This document shows positions 10,134 through 20,147 of a stretch of DNA of 64,000 nucleotides, piece by piece. Under the pieces are notes generated by a model, which saw nothing but the letters and a program-made list of their open reading frames with translations, was not told the DNA's origin and did not search any database. The position numbers were made by a program, and so were the translations under genes. Numbering within the stretch: position 1 is the first letter of the stretch; every line of letters starts with the position of its first letter. Origin of the DNA: Sedimentisphaerales bacterium (GTDB lineage: Bacteria; Planctomycetota; Phycisphaerae; Sedimentisphaerales; SM23-30); assembly GCA_963666285.1 (NCBI GenBank), contig OY762711.1. The stretch is one strand, 5' to 3'.

Positions 10134-10694
10134 ATGCCTGATCAGGAAATAGCTCGATTGATAGACGGTTGCCGCAGAGGTGATCGAGACAGTTTTAGCC
10201 GGATAGTAGATTTATACAGCTCCCGTCTGTATGGATTCTATATCCACATGGGCTATAAACCCGATCAGGCTGAGGATCTGGTACAGGAATTATTTGTCAG
10301 GCTGGTCGAAAAGCTTAAGAAGTACAGCCATACAGGTAAATTTGAAGCGTGGCTATTCCGGGTAGCGGCAAACATGGCAAGGGATTTTGCCCGTAAACGA
10401 TCAATAAAAACAGTCAGTCTGAATATAGGCGAGGATGACGAACGCAACTCTCACCTGGAGTTTGCCGATAATAAACAGCCGTCACCGGACAGCAGACTGC
10501 AGCAGCTAGAGGCAAATGTTGATCTTCAGAGTGCTCTTTTTCAATTATCGGACCAGGAACGAGAGCTGGTATTATTGCGTCATTACTCTGATATGAGTTT
10601 TAAGGATATTGCATCAGATTGCGGACTGCCGGTTGGAACAGTGCTATCCAAAGTGCATAGAGCGTTGAAAAAGCTAAAAGATATAATGTCTTAA
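10134..10694 (+). CDS. ECF-type RNA polymerase sigma factor
   Basis: AEDLVQELF, FEAWLFRVAAN and region 4 MSFKDIA...PVGTVLSKVHRA. Confidence 0.95.
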   Translation: MPDQEIARLIDGCRRGDRDSFSRIVDLYSSRLYGFYIHMGYKPDQAEDLVQELFVRLVEKLKKYSHTGKFEAWLFRVAANMARDFARKRSIKTVSLNIGEDDERNSHLEFADNKQPSPDSRLQQLEANVDLQSALFQLSDQERELVLLRHYSDMSFKDIASDCGLPVGTVLSKVHRALKKLKDIMS

Positions 10695-10747
10695 GTGCTT
10701 GTTTTATTGGCGTTTACAGTGTAGCTCGTAAAATAATATTTTCAAAA

Positions 10748-10774
10748 TGAAATATCTTTGCTGCAATAGTCGTT
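10748..10774 (+). promoter_or_regulatory. Putative ECF-dependent promoter
   Basis: TGAAAT-N17-CGTT, resembling SigW/RpoE-type promoters, upstream of the anti-sigma operon. Confidence 0.4.
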
Positions 10775-10866
10775 TTTCTTAGTGAGAACAAAAGAAAGCA
10801 AAGTTGGCCGTAAGGTCAGTAAATAATAAAGTAATTATCATGTAAAGGTCAGATGAGGTACCTGAA

Positions 10867-11394
10867 ATGAAAAACGAAAATAATAATCCAGAAAATGAAC
10901 TAATTGATTCCGGATTGGAAAAAGAACAGGTTCAGCAATTTTTCGATAATATGAAATATGTCGGCCAGGCCTTGGATGAACATCAGCCTGAGCCTTCATC
11001 AGGTTTCAATGATCGGATAAAAGCTGCAGTATATGCTGAGCTTGATTCGAATACCCGTTACTATTTTATTTCCCGTCACCATATCAGGACTATACTCGCA
11101 ACGGCTGCGATGCTGCTGGTAGTATTTAGTCTGGTGTTCTATCATATGGATCCTAAAGACAGCAAACCAGATGGTGGTACAGAAACAGGTGTAGTAGCGA
11201 GTGCCAATACTTCCGACAATCCATTTCTAGAACCGGATTTGATAATGGAAGTATTAATGGATCAGCAGGGCGCCAACAGTATTGACGGTATGACCCTGGA
11301 AGCAGTCTCCGCGATGTGGGGACAAGATAATCAGAACGATCAGGATAATTCATCCTCCTTTTGGAAAGGAAAGAACAATGAAAGCGTTGTATAA
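10867..11394 (+). CDS. Putative single-pass anti-sigma factor
   Basis: Directly downstream of the ECF gene, with one TM helix ATAAMLLVVFSLVF. Confidence 0.65.
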   Translation: MKNENNNPENELIDSGLEKEQVQQFFDNMKYVGQALDEHQPEPSSGFNDRIKAAVYAELDSNTRYYFISRHHIRTILATAAMLLVVFSLVFYHMDPKDSKPDGGTETGVVASANTSDNPFLEPDLIMEVLMDQQGANSIDGMTLEAVSAMWGQDNQNDQDNSSSFWKGKNNESVV

Positions 11395-12583
11395 CATAAT
11401 TGCTATGGTTGCTTTAACAGCATTAACAGGAACAGTATTAGCCCAGGAATGTCCATATTCTGGAGGACAGCAGCAGGGCGGTCCACAGCAGGGTGTTTGC
11501 CCAAGTGAAGATTTAGCACCAGCTCCTGAATCAGAATTGCCGGGCGATCAAGGTTTTGGCCCGCGTCGCGGACAGGGAATGGGTAGAGGTAATGGTTTTG
11601 GCCAGGGACTTGGCAGAGGTAACGGTTTGGGCGAAGGTATGGGAATGGGTAGAGGTCAGGGTCGCGGTCAGGGCTTTGGCGGTCAGCAGATGGGCTTCGG
11701 TCCTCGCGGCGGCGAAGGCTTTGGTCCTGGAGAAGCTATGAAAGAAAGAGCTGAATGCAATGAATGCGAACAGGAAGCGGTTGCATCAGAACGCGGACAG
11801 GGCTTTAGACAAGGAATGGCACGCGGTTTTGCCAGAGGTCAGGGATCCGGTCGCGGCATGGGTATGATGCAGGGTCGTGGCCAGGGCAGAATGCAGGGTT
11901 ATGCTATGAGAGGCCGCGGACAGGGCTTTGGCGGTCAGCAGATGGGCTTTGGTCCTCGCGGCGGCGAAGGCTTTGGTCCTGGAGAAGCTATGAAAGAAAG
12001 AGCTGAATGCAATGAATGCGGACAGGAAGCGGTTGCACCAGAACGCGGACAGGGCTTTAGACAAGGAATGGCACGCGGTTTTGCCAGAGGTCAGAGATCC
12101 GGTCGCGGCATGGGTATGATGCAGGGTTGTGGCCAGGGCAGAATGCAGGGTTTTGCTATGAGAGGTCGCGGTCAGGGCTTTGGTGGTCAGCAGATGGGCT
12201 TTGGTCCTCGCGGCGGCGAAGGCTTTGGTCCTGGACAAGCTATGAAAGAAAGAGCTGAATGCAATGAATGCGGACAGGGCTTTAGACAAGGAATGGCACG
12301 CGGTTTTGCCAGAGGTCAGAGATCCGGTCGCGGTATGGGTATGATGCAGGGTTGCGGCCAAGGCAGAATGCAGGGGTTTGCTATGAGAGGCCGCGGACAG
12401 GGCTTTGGCGGTCAGCAGATGGGCTTCGGTCCTCGCGGCGGCGAAGGTTTTGGTCCGTCTCCTCTTGCAGATTGTCCGGAATTTGAAGGATGCCAGGATT
12501 TTGGCCTTCGCAGGAAAATGATGAATCGTGGTTGGGGCCAGGGAAATGGCTATAATCGCGGTTTTGGAAGAGCGATGAGATAG
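11378..12583 (+). CDS. Secreted Gly/Arg/Gln/Met-rich tandem repeat protein with CxxC motifs
   Basis: Signal peptide ending VLA-Q; 84-aa repeats each containing ECNEC. Confidence 0.8.
   Translation: MKALYNIIAMVALTALTGTVLAQECPYSGGQQQGGPQQGVCPSEDLAPAPESELPGDQGFGPRRGQGMGRGNGFGQGLGRGNGLGEGMGMGRGQGRGQGFGGQQMGFGPRGGEGFGPGEAMKERAECNECEQEAVASERGQGFRQGMARGFARGQGSGRGMGMMQGRGQGRMQGYAMRGRGQGFGGQQMGFGPRGGEGFGPGEAMKERAECNECGQEAVAPERGQGFRQGMARGFARGQRSGRGMGMMQGCGQGRMQGFAMRGRGQGFGGQQMGFGPRGGEGFGPGQAMKERAECNECGQGFRQGMARGFARGQRSGRGMGMMQGCGQGRMQGFAMRGRGQGFGGQQMGFGPRGGEGFGPSPLADCPEFEGCQDFGLRRKMMNRGWGQGNGYNRGFGRAMR
11669..12455 (+). repeat. Intragenic tandem repeat of 252, 252 and 225 bp units plus a partial fourth
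   Basis: The anchor CAGGGCTTTGG(C/T)GGTCAGCAGATGGGCTT recurs at 11669, 11921, 12173 and 12398. Confidence 0.95.
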
Positions 12584-12686
12584 ATTTGCCAATCAGTTGT
12601 ATATGTTTCTATAAAATATGATTCTCAGACCGGTTTTGGCCGGTCTGAGATATTATAGATTGTTGGCTTTGAGAAAGGTAATTGAT

Positions 12687-13568
12687 ATGAGATCAAAATA
12701 TTCGATAATGTATATTGTTTTTGCGTTGGCGTTAATGTCTGTGGGTGTCCGAGCTCAAAGCCGGGAAAATACGGGATTTCAGGATGAATGTTGCAAAGAC
12801 AATGTTAAATACTATCAGCGTTACGAAGATAACGGTCCAGTGCCTAAAGAGTTTGACCAGGATAATAATCCGGATGAACAACGAGGTCGACGTGGCGGCA
12901 TGGGTGGTCCTGGCCGTGAAGGTCGAAGAGGTTTTGGCAGGGGTATGTTTGGTCCTCCTATGACCACGGAAGAGCTAATGACCTTTTTAGGCAAGTATGA
13001 TCCAGAGAAAGCCCAGCAGTTTGGCGAGATGTATAAAAAACAGCCTGAGGATTTTGAGAAATATATTGGAATGGTTTGTGAATTATATACACCTGCTTCC
13101 CGAATGATGGATTTTAATGAAGATATCGGGAAATTTATGGTCAAGAATATATCCTTATCTCTTGATATTAAAAAAGTAGTTTCTGATTATAAGAAAGCAG
13201 AAGATGAGCCATCTAAAGCTCGGTTCAGACAGCAGCTTAAGGTTAAGCTGGAAGAGCAGTTTGATGTTATTATTCAACTTCAGGAAAATGAGATCAAAGG
13301 CTGGCAGGATAGAATTTCGCAATTTCGTGAGCGAATGGAGAATGGTGAACTTGAGGATGACAATCAGGAAGCCGGCAGGGGTCGAGGTTTCGGTCGAGGC
13401 GGATCAGACATGCAGGACAGGTTTCAGCATATGCATAAGCGTATGGCCCAGGAAGTTGAGAGGCGAAAAGGAGATATTGTAAAGTGGAAAGAGCAAAAGC
13501 AGCAGATAGTAGAACGTCAGATATCTGATCTGGTCGAAGACGTAAGACCATTTCCGTGGAACAGGTAG
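12687..13568 (+). CDS. Secreted helical protein, Spy/CpxP-like
   Basis: Signal peptide, GRRGGMGG low-complexity stretches and a charged helical body. Start at MRSKYS after GAAAGG. Confidence 0.6.
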   Translation: MRSKYSIMYIVFALALMSVGVRAQSRENTGFQDECCKDNVKYYQRYEDNGPVPKEFDQDNNPDEQRGRRGGMGGPGREGRRGFGRGMFGPPMTTEELMTFLGKYDPEKAQQFGEMYKKQPEDFEKYIGMVCELYTPASRMMDFNEDIGKFMVKNISLSLDIKKVVSDYKKAEDEPSKARFRQQLKVKLEEQFDVIIQLQENEIKGWQDRISQFRERMENGELEDDNQEAGRGRGFGRGGSDMQDRFQHMHKRMAQEVERRKGDIVKWKEQKQQIVERQISDLVEDVRPFPWNR

Positions 13569-13651
13569 TGTTCGGAGTAAAAGGCAAATGTTGAATAGTT
13601 GAGCTATCGCTGTTGGCCCGACAATATTGCTGTGATTCTATTTTGTCATGT

Positions 13652-14824
13652 CTATATTTTTAAGAATATCTTCTTTTTGTACAGGAGATATAGAAAGAGC
13701 CATTCTAATACAATCAAGCTAATAAATAATCCCAATTGTTGATACTGGCCGGGGATGAAATTTATAATACCTCCGAATATGAAATTGTTTGTATATTCAA
13801 AGTTGATAATTTTGATCCCCAGGTATATTGTTATCGAGTTCATTCCGATAACTTTAAATATAAAGGCCCATTTTTTAATTCCAACGCAATCAATAATATA
13901 GAAGAATGCAGAAAGAATAGTCATGCTCCATCCGGCAGCCAAAAGGATAAATGAACCTGTCCATAATTTCTTGATAATAGGGTAGAAGTTTCCCCATCCC
14001 AGGCCAATACAAATCAGGAGTATGCCAGCGACAAAGAGTCCGGCAGAATTTTTCCATTTGCAGCGGTTCTGGCAGGTTAACCAATAACTCGAAATAGCCC
14101 CGAGCAATGCCATACTGATACTAGATATAGCCTGCATGATACCTTCAGGGTCGTAGTTGCCACCATGCAATCTGCCGGGTAGAAAAGATTGATCAATAAA
14201 TGAGGCAAGAGACTCTTGTGCAGTCAAGAGTCCACATCCGTATTCAGGTACAGGGTACCACATTAATAAAGCCCAATATCCAAGTATAATCGCAGCACAC
14301 GCAATAATCTGAACTTTTATTTTGAAATGCATAACAATTAGAAATGCAAAATAATATCCTATACCAATCAATCCAAGAACGCTGGCAAAACGAGTGTTTT
14401 CAATGCCGTTAAAAGCCAATCCACCATTATAAACAATACCAAGCGATACTAACAATACCATACGAATAGTGGCCCGGCAAATAATACGCATATTCGAGTG
14501 TCCTTTTTTTTGCTGGGCTCTAATAGAGAGAGGTATAGCGACACCAGCAATGAAAAGGAATAAAGGGAATATAAGGTCGTAAGCATGAAATCCTTCCCAT
14601 TCAACATGTTCCAATTGCTCTGATAAGGCATTTAGCCATGAGAAATTGAAACATTCGGCAGCACAGCGTATCAGTTTGGCCCCGCCAATAATCCAGAGCA
14701 TATCAAACCCTCTAAGTGCGTCTAAAGATTCCAATCTTGCAGTGGTTTCTTTTGCCCGGTTACCAAGGTTTTGGTGGTCACTTTCGATATTACCTACATT
14801 ACTTTTAGTATTTGTGATATCCAT
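13652..14824 (-). CDS. Heparan-alpha-glucosaminide N-acetyltransferase-like membrane acyltransferase (DUF5009/NagX family)
   Basis: RLESLDALRGFDM, DLIFPLFLFIAG, YDPEG and PIIKKLWT motifs. Confidence 0.9.
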   Translation of the reverse strand: MDITNTKSNVGNIESDHQNLGNRAKETTARLESLDALRGFDMLWIIGGAKLIRCAAECFNFSWLNALSEQLEHVEWEGFHAYDLIFPLFLFIAGVAIPLSIRAQQKKGHSNMRIICRATIRMVLLVSLGIVYNGGLAFNGIENTRFASVLGLIGIGYYFAFLIVMHFKIKVQIIACAAIILGYWALLMWYPVPEYGCGLLTAQESLASFIDQSFLPGRLHGGNYDPEGIMQAISSISMALLGAISSYWLTCQNRCKWKNSAGLFVAGILLICIGLGWGNFYPIIKKLWTGSFILLAAGWSMTILSAFFYIIDCVGIKKWAFIFKVIGMNSITIYLGIKIINFEYTNNFIFGGIINFIPGQYQQLGLFISLIVLEWLFLYLLYKKKIFLKI

Positions 14825-15203
14825 ATTTATCCTTAAGTATTGTTTATGCCAGGCATTTAATACAAGAGATACTTTTGACTGTTCGATTTTATCCGTAAAG
14901 GCCGACCTGTTAAGAGAAAAATTGAGATGTTCGACTTTGTCTTACGAAAACAGGCGGTGTAATTATTTGCCTGTCAGAAGTTTACCACAGATGGTTTGCA
15001 AAAAGCAACTGAAAAAGTTGAAGGTTGTGACAATAAAAAAACAGCAGGCCATTTCTGACCTGCTGTAATAGTGTTTGTGCATTATAATCGCAGTTGTGTT
15101 AGACAAACAAAATAATTTATACATGCCTTAGTTCTATAAGGAAAGAAACTATTTTTGCGATTATATATTTTGGAATAATATCCCTTTCCTTTGTTTAATT
15201 ATA

Positions 15204-16580
15204 TTAGAACTGGAACTGAAGCTGGCTGCGAACCATCATAAGAGCTTCGCCAGCAACACCCTGGTAGTTTCCACCGCTTGAAACGCTACCAGCAGGCATT
15301 TCGTCAACGTAAGTCAAGTCCATAGAAAGTTTCAGGTTCTGACCGTTGATGTAGTAGTTGAAGCCACCGGTATATTCATACAGGTCACCAGAATTGTCGA
15401 TGTCTAAACCACCGATGCGTCCAAACAATTCGAATTTTTCAGGAACGATAAACTGACCAACCTGGCCGTACCATCCCATGTTGTCAATGCTTTCACCGGC
15501 AATACTATTTGCAGCGATATAAGCATCAGTAGGATCCGCACTCTGAATGAAACCTTCCAGAGTAGCAGAGAACCCTTTGCATTTGTATGACACATCAGCG
15601 CCGAACATAGTCATTTCGCCCTGGTAGCCGCCAAAACTGGAATAGCCACCGCCAACAGCAGGAGCGTAAATTACATAGTTGTTATCGATACCGCCATTGT
15701 AACTTTCTTCGTCCATTTCCTTAGCATAAACAACACTACCGCCAAGCATCATAACCGGAGCATCATGATAAGCCAGGTCAGATTCGTTAGCGAAGTCTTT
15801 AACTGTAGCGCCCATAAGAGGAAGTGCAACCCTGGCAACAACAATTGGAGTATTGTCACTATTGCCGGCAGTTACTTCATTGTTGTCTCTTAAACCTTCA
15901 AATAAACCAACACGGTAGTTAACCATGCCAAGGTCACCATAACCTTCGATACCAGTCATACGGCCCATATCAAAGGCATAGGCTACCAGACCGCGGTCAA
16001 TAGCCATGAATTTACCGCTACTGTTTGGACGCTGTTTGCCAAATAAGCAATCGTTTGTTCCGCCTCTGATACCAAATTCCTTAGAGAATTTGTATGCCAG
16101 CCATCCGCTATACAGGTAAGCGTTGTGGCTGTTGTCATCGTCCATATCCAGCTGGAAGAAGTATTCCAGATTTTTCATGGCATGACCGGAGAAGATCAAA
16201 CGCATACGTTCGAGTTCCAGACGGCTGCTATCGGTTGTGGTGTTGTCACCATTACCAAAGTCACCATGTGAAACAGTTGCGAATGTATGACGAAGCTGGA
16301 AACGAGATTTGATATCCAGACGGAATTCATCGTCTGCACTCTTGATGTAGAAGTTTTTGTCATATCCAGCAGTCAAACCACTATCGGCAGACTGGCTGAG
16401 GTTTTTCTGCTCTACAAGTTCGCTCATTAATTCAGCGTTACGGTCTTCCATCTGTGATTTTAAAGCAGAAAGTTCTTTCTCCAGAGAGTCTACTTTTGCT
16501 TCCAAATCTCCAGTACCTGCCGCACCGGCTACAGCGGCTGTGTAGAGCACCGCTGCCAACATAATAATAATCTTTTTCAT
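15204..16580 (-). CDS. Outer membrane porin, OprO/OprP-like
   Basis: Signal peptide, N-terminal coiled coil, GYDKNFYIKS.D..F motif and C-terminal RSQLQFQF beta-signal. Confidence 0.8.
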   Translation of the reverse strand: MKKIIIMLAAVLYTAAVAGAAGTGDLEAKVDSLEKELSALKSQMEDRNAELMSELVEQKNLSQSADSGLTAGYDKNFYIKSADDEFRLDIKSRFQLRHTFATVSHGDFGNGDNTTTDSSRLELERMRLIFSGHAMKNLEYFFQLDMDDDNSHNAYLYSGWLAYKFSKEFGIRGGTNDCLFGKQRPNSSGKFMAIDRGLVAYAFDMGRMTGIEGYGDLGMVNYRVGLFEGLRDNNEVTAGNSDNTPIVVARVALPLMGATVKDFANESDLAYHDAPVMMLGGSVVYAKEMDEESYNGGIDNNYVIYAPAVGGGYSSFGGYQGEMTMFGADVSYKCKGFSATLEGFIQSADPTDAYIAANSIAGESIDNMGWYGQVGQFIVPEKFELFGRIGGLDIDNSGDLYEYTGGFNYYINGQNLKLSMDLTYVDEMPAGSVSSGGNYQGVAGEALMMVRSQLQFQF

Positions 16581-17236
16581 AAGACTTACCCTTTCTGTGC
16601 TAATCGCACAAACACATTAAGTTGTTTCGTTACTAATGCACTCGCATCAGCGTTATTTTTAAAATTACAAACATATTGTCATCGATCATTATGCTTAAAA
16701 ACGTAAAGAAACTATCGGTTATGTTCCCTTTTTTCCCTTAATAAAAATAACATATTTTATGTGTAATGTATTCTTTAAGCTTTTCAATATTGATATCAGT
16801 TATTATTGTCACTAATGGCTTGCTCATTAACTACTTATATGAAGTAAAACCTCTATTTTTGGTGGTACCATTTGTAGTGTAAGGCGTTGGTGTGGCAGGC
16901 CCAATAATTTGTTTAAAACGAGTAATTTTCAGAATGAACCTGATCCAGGTGCCTGAGTATATTTTCTATATTTCATTCATTGTCGAGAGGGATTGTGTAC
17001 TGCTTTTTTATTCCTCAGCGAGTGAAACTGGACTTGTCTGACTCAAATATTAAATATCCAGTTATTTCAATAGTTTGTCATAATTATCTAATACTTATAA
17101 TCGGGATAATTTCCCTAGAATTAATTGTCTATTTTATCCTATCCGTATAACACTCAGAAAAAAACAAAAAAATTATTTTTTTATAATTATTTCAATAAAA
17201 GAGGCTTATGAAGGTTGGCGTTTTTTTTACCATCGC

Positions 17237-17258
17237 AAAGTTAGACTTATCTAACTTT
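17237..17258. promoter_or_regulatory. DtxR/MntR/SirR-type operator palindrome
   Basis: AAAGTTAGA-CTTA-TCTAACTTT, with perfect 9-bp arms and a TTAG-N6-CTAA core, 60 bp upstream of the Cys-rich gene. Confidence 0.6.
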
Positions 17259-17318
17259 TTGTGCTATATTCAATTGAAGTGATAAATATGACAAAAATAT
17301 TAAACAAGGAGAATCATA

Positions 17319-17795
17319 ATGAAGTCTTCAAAAATTAAAATAGTAGCTTTATTGATATGTTGCGGCCTGCTTGTGGCAGCAGGTTATAATAAAGCACAAA
17401 GTTCTAAAAATGAATCAATCGGATCTTCGTCAGTTCGTCCTGTTTCAGATGTAAGTGACTGTGGTTCCGGCGGTTGCGGCGGTAAAAAGGAAAAGACATC
17501 TGATTGCAGCAGCGGTTCGTGCAGCAGTGCCAAATGCGAAGATTGCAGCGGCTCGTGCAGTAGTGGAACCAAATGCGAAAAGGACTGTGGTTCAGGCGGC
17601 TGTGGAGGCAAGAAAAATGAAGACGTGAATATCAGTAATTCAAATGCCGAGAAAGCGTTGATGGCATGCGGCTGTGGCGGCAAGAAGGGTAAAGGTGATA
17701 AGGAAGAACTGTATCAGTCTTCTGATAAGTCTCTTGTAGCCTGTGGCGGCGGCTCATGCGGCGGCAAAGGTAAGAAAGAAAAAGAAAGTGTGTAA
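17319..17795 (+). CDS. Secreted Cys/Gly/Ser/Lys-rich repeat protein (metallothionein-like or RiPP-precursor-like)
   Basis: AAGGAG RBS, signal peptide and six Cys modules (CGSGGCGG x2, CSSGSCSS, CSGSCSS, CGCGG, CGGGSCGG). Confidence 0.8.
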   Translation: MKSSKIKIVALLICCGLLVAAGYNKAQSSKNESIGSSSVRPVSDVSDCGSGGCGGKKEKTSDCSSGSCSSAKCEDCSGSCSSGTKCEKDCGSGGCGGKKNEDVNISNSNAEKALMACGCGGKKGKGDKEELYQSSDKSLVACGGGSCGGKGKKEKESV

Positions 17796-18138
17796 CTTTA
17801 TGTTTAGCACACGTTTAGCGAAATTCTTTAATTAGAAACGATATTGTGTTTTGGCTGTAACTTAAAATTTTATTATTGTAAAGGAACCATATTATGTGTT
17901 AAGTACAGAAAACATGATGACAAGTTAATAAAAACACCAAAGAACTCCCCGCGAACCTGAAAAGCACATAGTGTATGAATTTGCCCGATCGCCTGGAGGG
18001 TAAATGAAAAAATCATTTATCAAACGCTCGAACGAGCATCTTCAATATAGTTATGAGTAAGGAGCCATCCAATAGGGGGCAATGAGAAAGATAATCCTGT
18101 CCCTTAACCCCCGAATGGGACTCCGAATCAGGTTTTTC

Positions 18139-18179
18139 AAGGCACCAAGCAGTTGATATCTGCAGGGTGCCTTTTTTTT
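18139..18179 (+). terminator. Intrinsic terminator
   Basis: AAGGCACC...GGTGCCTT followed by a long T tract. Confidence 0.8.
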
Positions 18180-18431
18180 ATTTAAATATTACAGCAATTT
18201 AATTTTTATGCTTCGCATCACTTTGTGGCGTGTTCGCTTTTTCCTGTTGCTTCTTTGTCAGCCTTATCCTGGCTGCGGCAAAAACCTGAACAGAAAATAT
18301 TGAAGACCCTGAGTTTGCTATGTATATAATAATACTATGTAAGGTGTTGATAAAAAAAGAGGAAAGCAGCTTATGCCGCAATCCTCTTATTTTGATCTGA
18401 ACTAACAGTAAATATTACCATCAGTCTAATT

Positions 18432-19964
18432 TCAGCTTTTAGCAGTAATTGTAATCTCTTTCTTCTCTTCGATCTTACCGGCCAGAGGCCCGGCATCAAG
18501 GGAAATTGTCACAGTGTATTTACCGGCTTTTGGTTCTCGCCACGAGAACCCGCAAAGGCCGCCTCAACCATACTCCAGATCTTCAGAGGCAATTTGATTA
18601 TTGTCCTGATCAGCTATAGTAATATGAACCGGGATACCTTCTCTCCTGGTGCGGTTTTCTTCCTTGACGAGTTTATAAAAATCCCGGTAGGATTCTTTGG
18701 CGTTTCCAATGAAATCAACATCCAGATAAACGTGGGTTCCTTCGGCAAATTCAGATTTATACTCTTTATCCCCGTTGTAGCGTTTATTATACTCTACAGC
18801 GGTGATTTCCGTTTTTACATCTCCAAGTTCGACTTCGGTAGTTTTGTCAGCTTCAACGGAAAAAGAAGATTCACCTTCAAAAGAGGTACTGAATTCGTCA
18901 GTACTGTCTTTACCGAACTTTATCTGTCCATAAGAAAATCTGTAATCGCCAACCGGCAGTTCATTGATACCTTTATTGAACCTGAAGTTGATAGATCTGT
19001 CAGTTGCACCGTAAACAATGGCATAGGTCAAATCAGCTTTAAGCTCTTCTTTTCCTTTGAGCTTGATGGCAACCTTTCCGCGTTCACCTTTGTCTTCGGC
19101 TACAGTAGCGGAAAGAGTATCGTCGCTGGTGTCAGCATCATCGAATTTGATACGATAGAATTTGTCATTGAAGTAATTGATCGAACTTAGCGTATTGCTG
19201 TTGACATATCTATTGGTTTCGCTGCCTTTGACAATGCCTATGCTGCTGTTGCCGAATTTTGTATAGCTGCCGGCATGAAACGAAGTGAAAAGGTACACTT
19301 TGTATTCTTCGCCTTCGACTTTAGCTGTGCCTTCGAACATGCCCATCGGAGTCCAATAGGCACTCAGGTTGCCATTGTCGTTCAGCCTGGTACAAGCCAT
19401 TATCCTGAATGGAATTTCATTATTGTTACGTGTTTTATTTTGGAAATCAGGAGTTACAAAACATTTTCCATCGCCAAAAGGATTATTACCATTTTCTATG
19501 GGGCTGATTTTTTCATTTTCATCCAGCTTACCATCGCCGTTGAGGTCGAAGTATAGAGTGATAACAGAGTTGTCTTTCAGCTCAAACACCCCCGGACTGC
19601 CGCCTGGGAAATTTGATGTGTTGCATGCAATAAGCTTGTTTTTGGTTTGTTCCTGGACAGCTTTGAAAAATGTAGAATCGCTGCTGGTGGAGGTACCAAA
19701 CCCATACCAGCCGCAGGACGGATCAATATCGTCCTGTGTGCCGCTGCATCCACGATACTTCATTTCGAAAGTAACAGGCTCGCCGAGCTTTAACTGGCTC
19801 CAGTCGGGCGACTGCTCTTTCTTCTCCGGTTTTGTGCTAACCTGTTCTTTAACAGGTTCGGGCTGAACAGGAGTTTCAGTATCGGTTTCTTTTTTACATC
19901 CCGGACATACCATAATCCCGCAGATCAACAGGATCAGAGGCAGTCCCCGCCAAAGTTTCTTCAT
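18432..19964 (-). CDS. Lipoprotein, probable selenoprotein (UGA at 18566-18564 read as Sec; G-U-GGL-C motif)
   Basis: Lipobox-like CPGC after MKKLWRG. The track ORF stops at EYG-TGA, but the frame stays open for 43 more codons (GGLCGFSWREPKAGKYTVTISLDAGPLAGKIEEKKEITITAKS). A hairpin lies 13 nt after the UGA. Confidence 0.75.
18532..18550 (-). promoter_or_regulatory. Bacterial SECIS-like hairpin
   Basis: GGUUCUCG-UGG-CGAGAACC: perfect 8-bp stem with a G-containing loop, 13 nt downstream of the in-frame UGA. A lower stem GGC.UUU/AAA.GCC is possible. Confidence 0.7.
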
Positions 19965-20147
19965 GACAATTGTCCCTTCTAAATTACAGGCCGAATTTAA
20001 CGATGCTACCTTAAGCAACTGATAAACATAACCTTACAATAAATTGTGCAAAATACAATTCATTCACTACTGCCAGATAGATTTTAACGTTAACTATTTT
20101 AGAACACAAGGATTTATTATTGGAGTTGAAAAAGTCAGGCTAAGATA

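Noticed and set aside
11786..12592. 268-aa antisense ORF in the repeat gene
   Set aside because: By-product of the tandem repeats.
18432..18434. Second UGA as another Sec codon
   Set aside because: Followed after one codon by TAG, with no hairpin; treated as the true stop.
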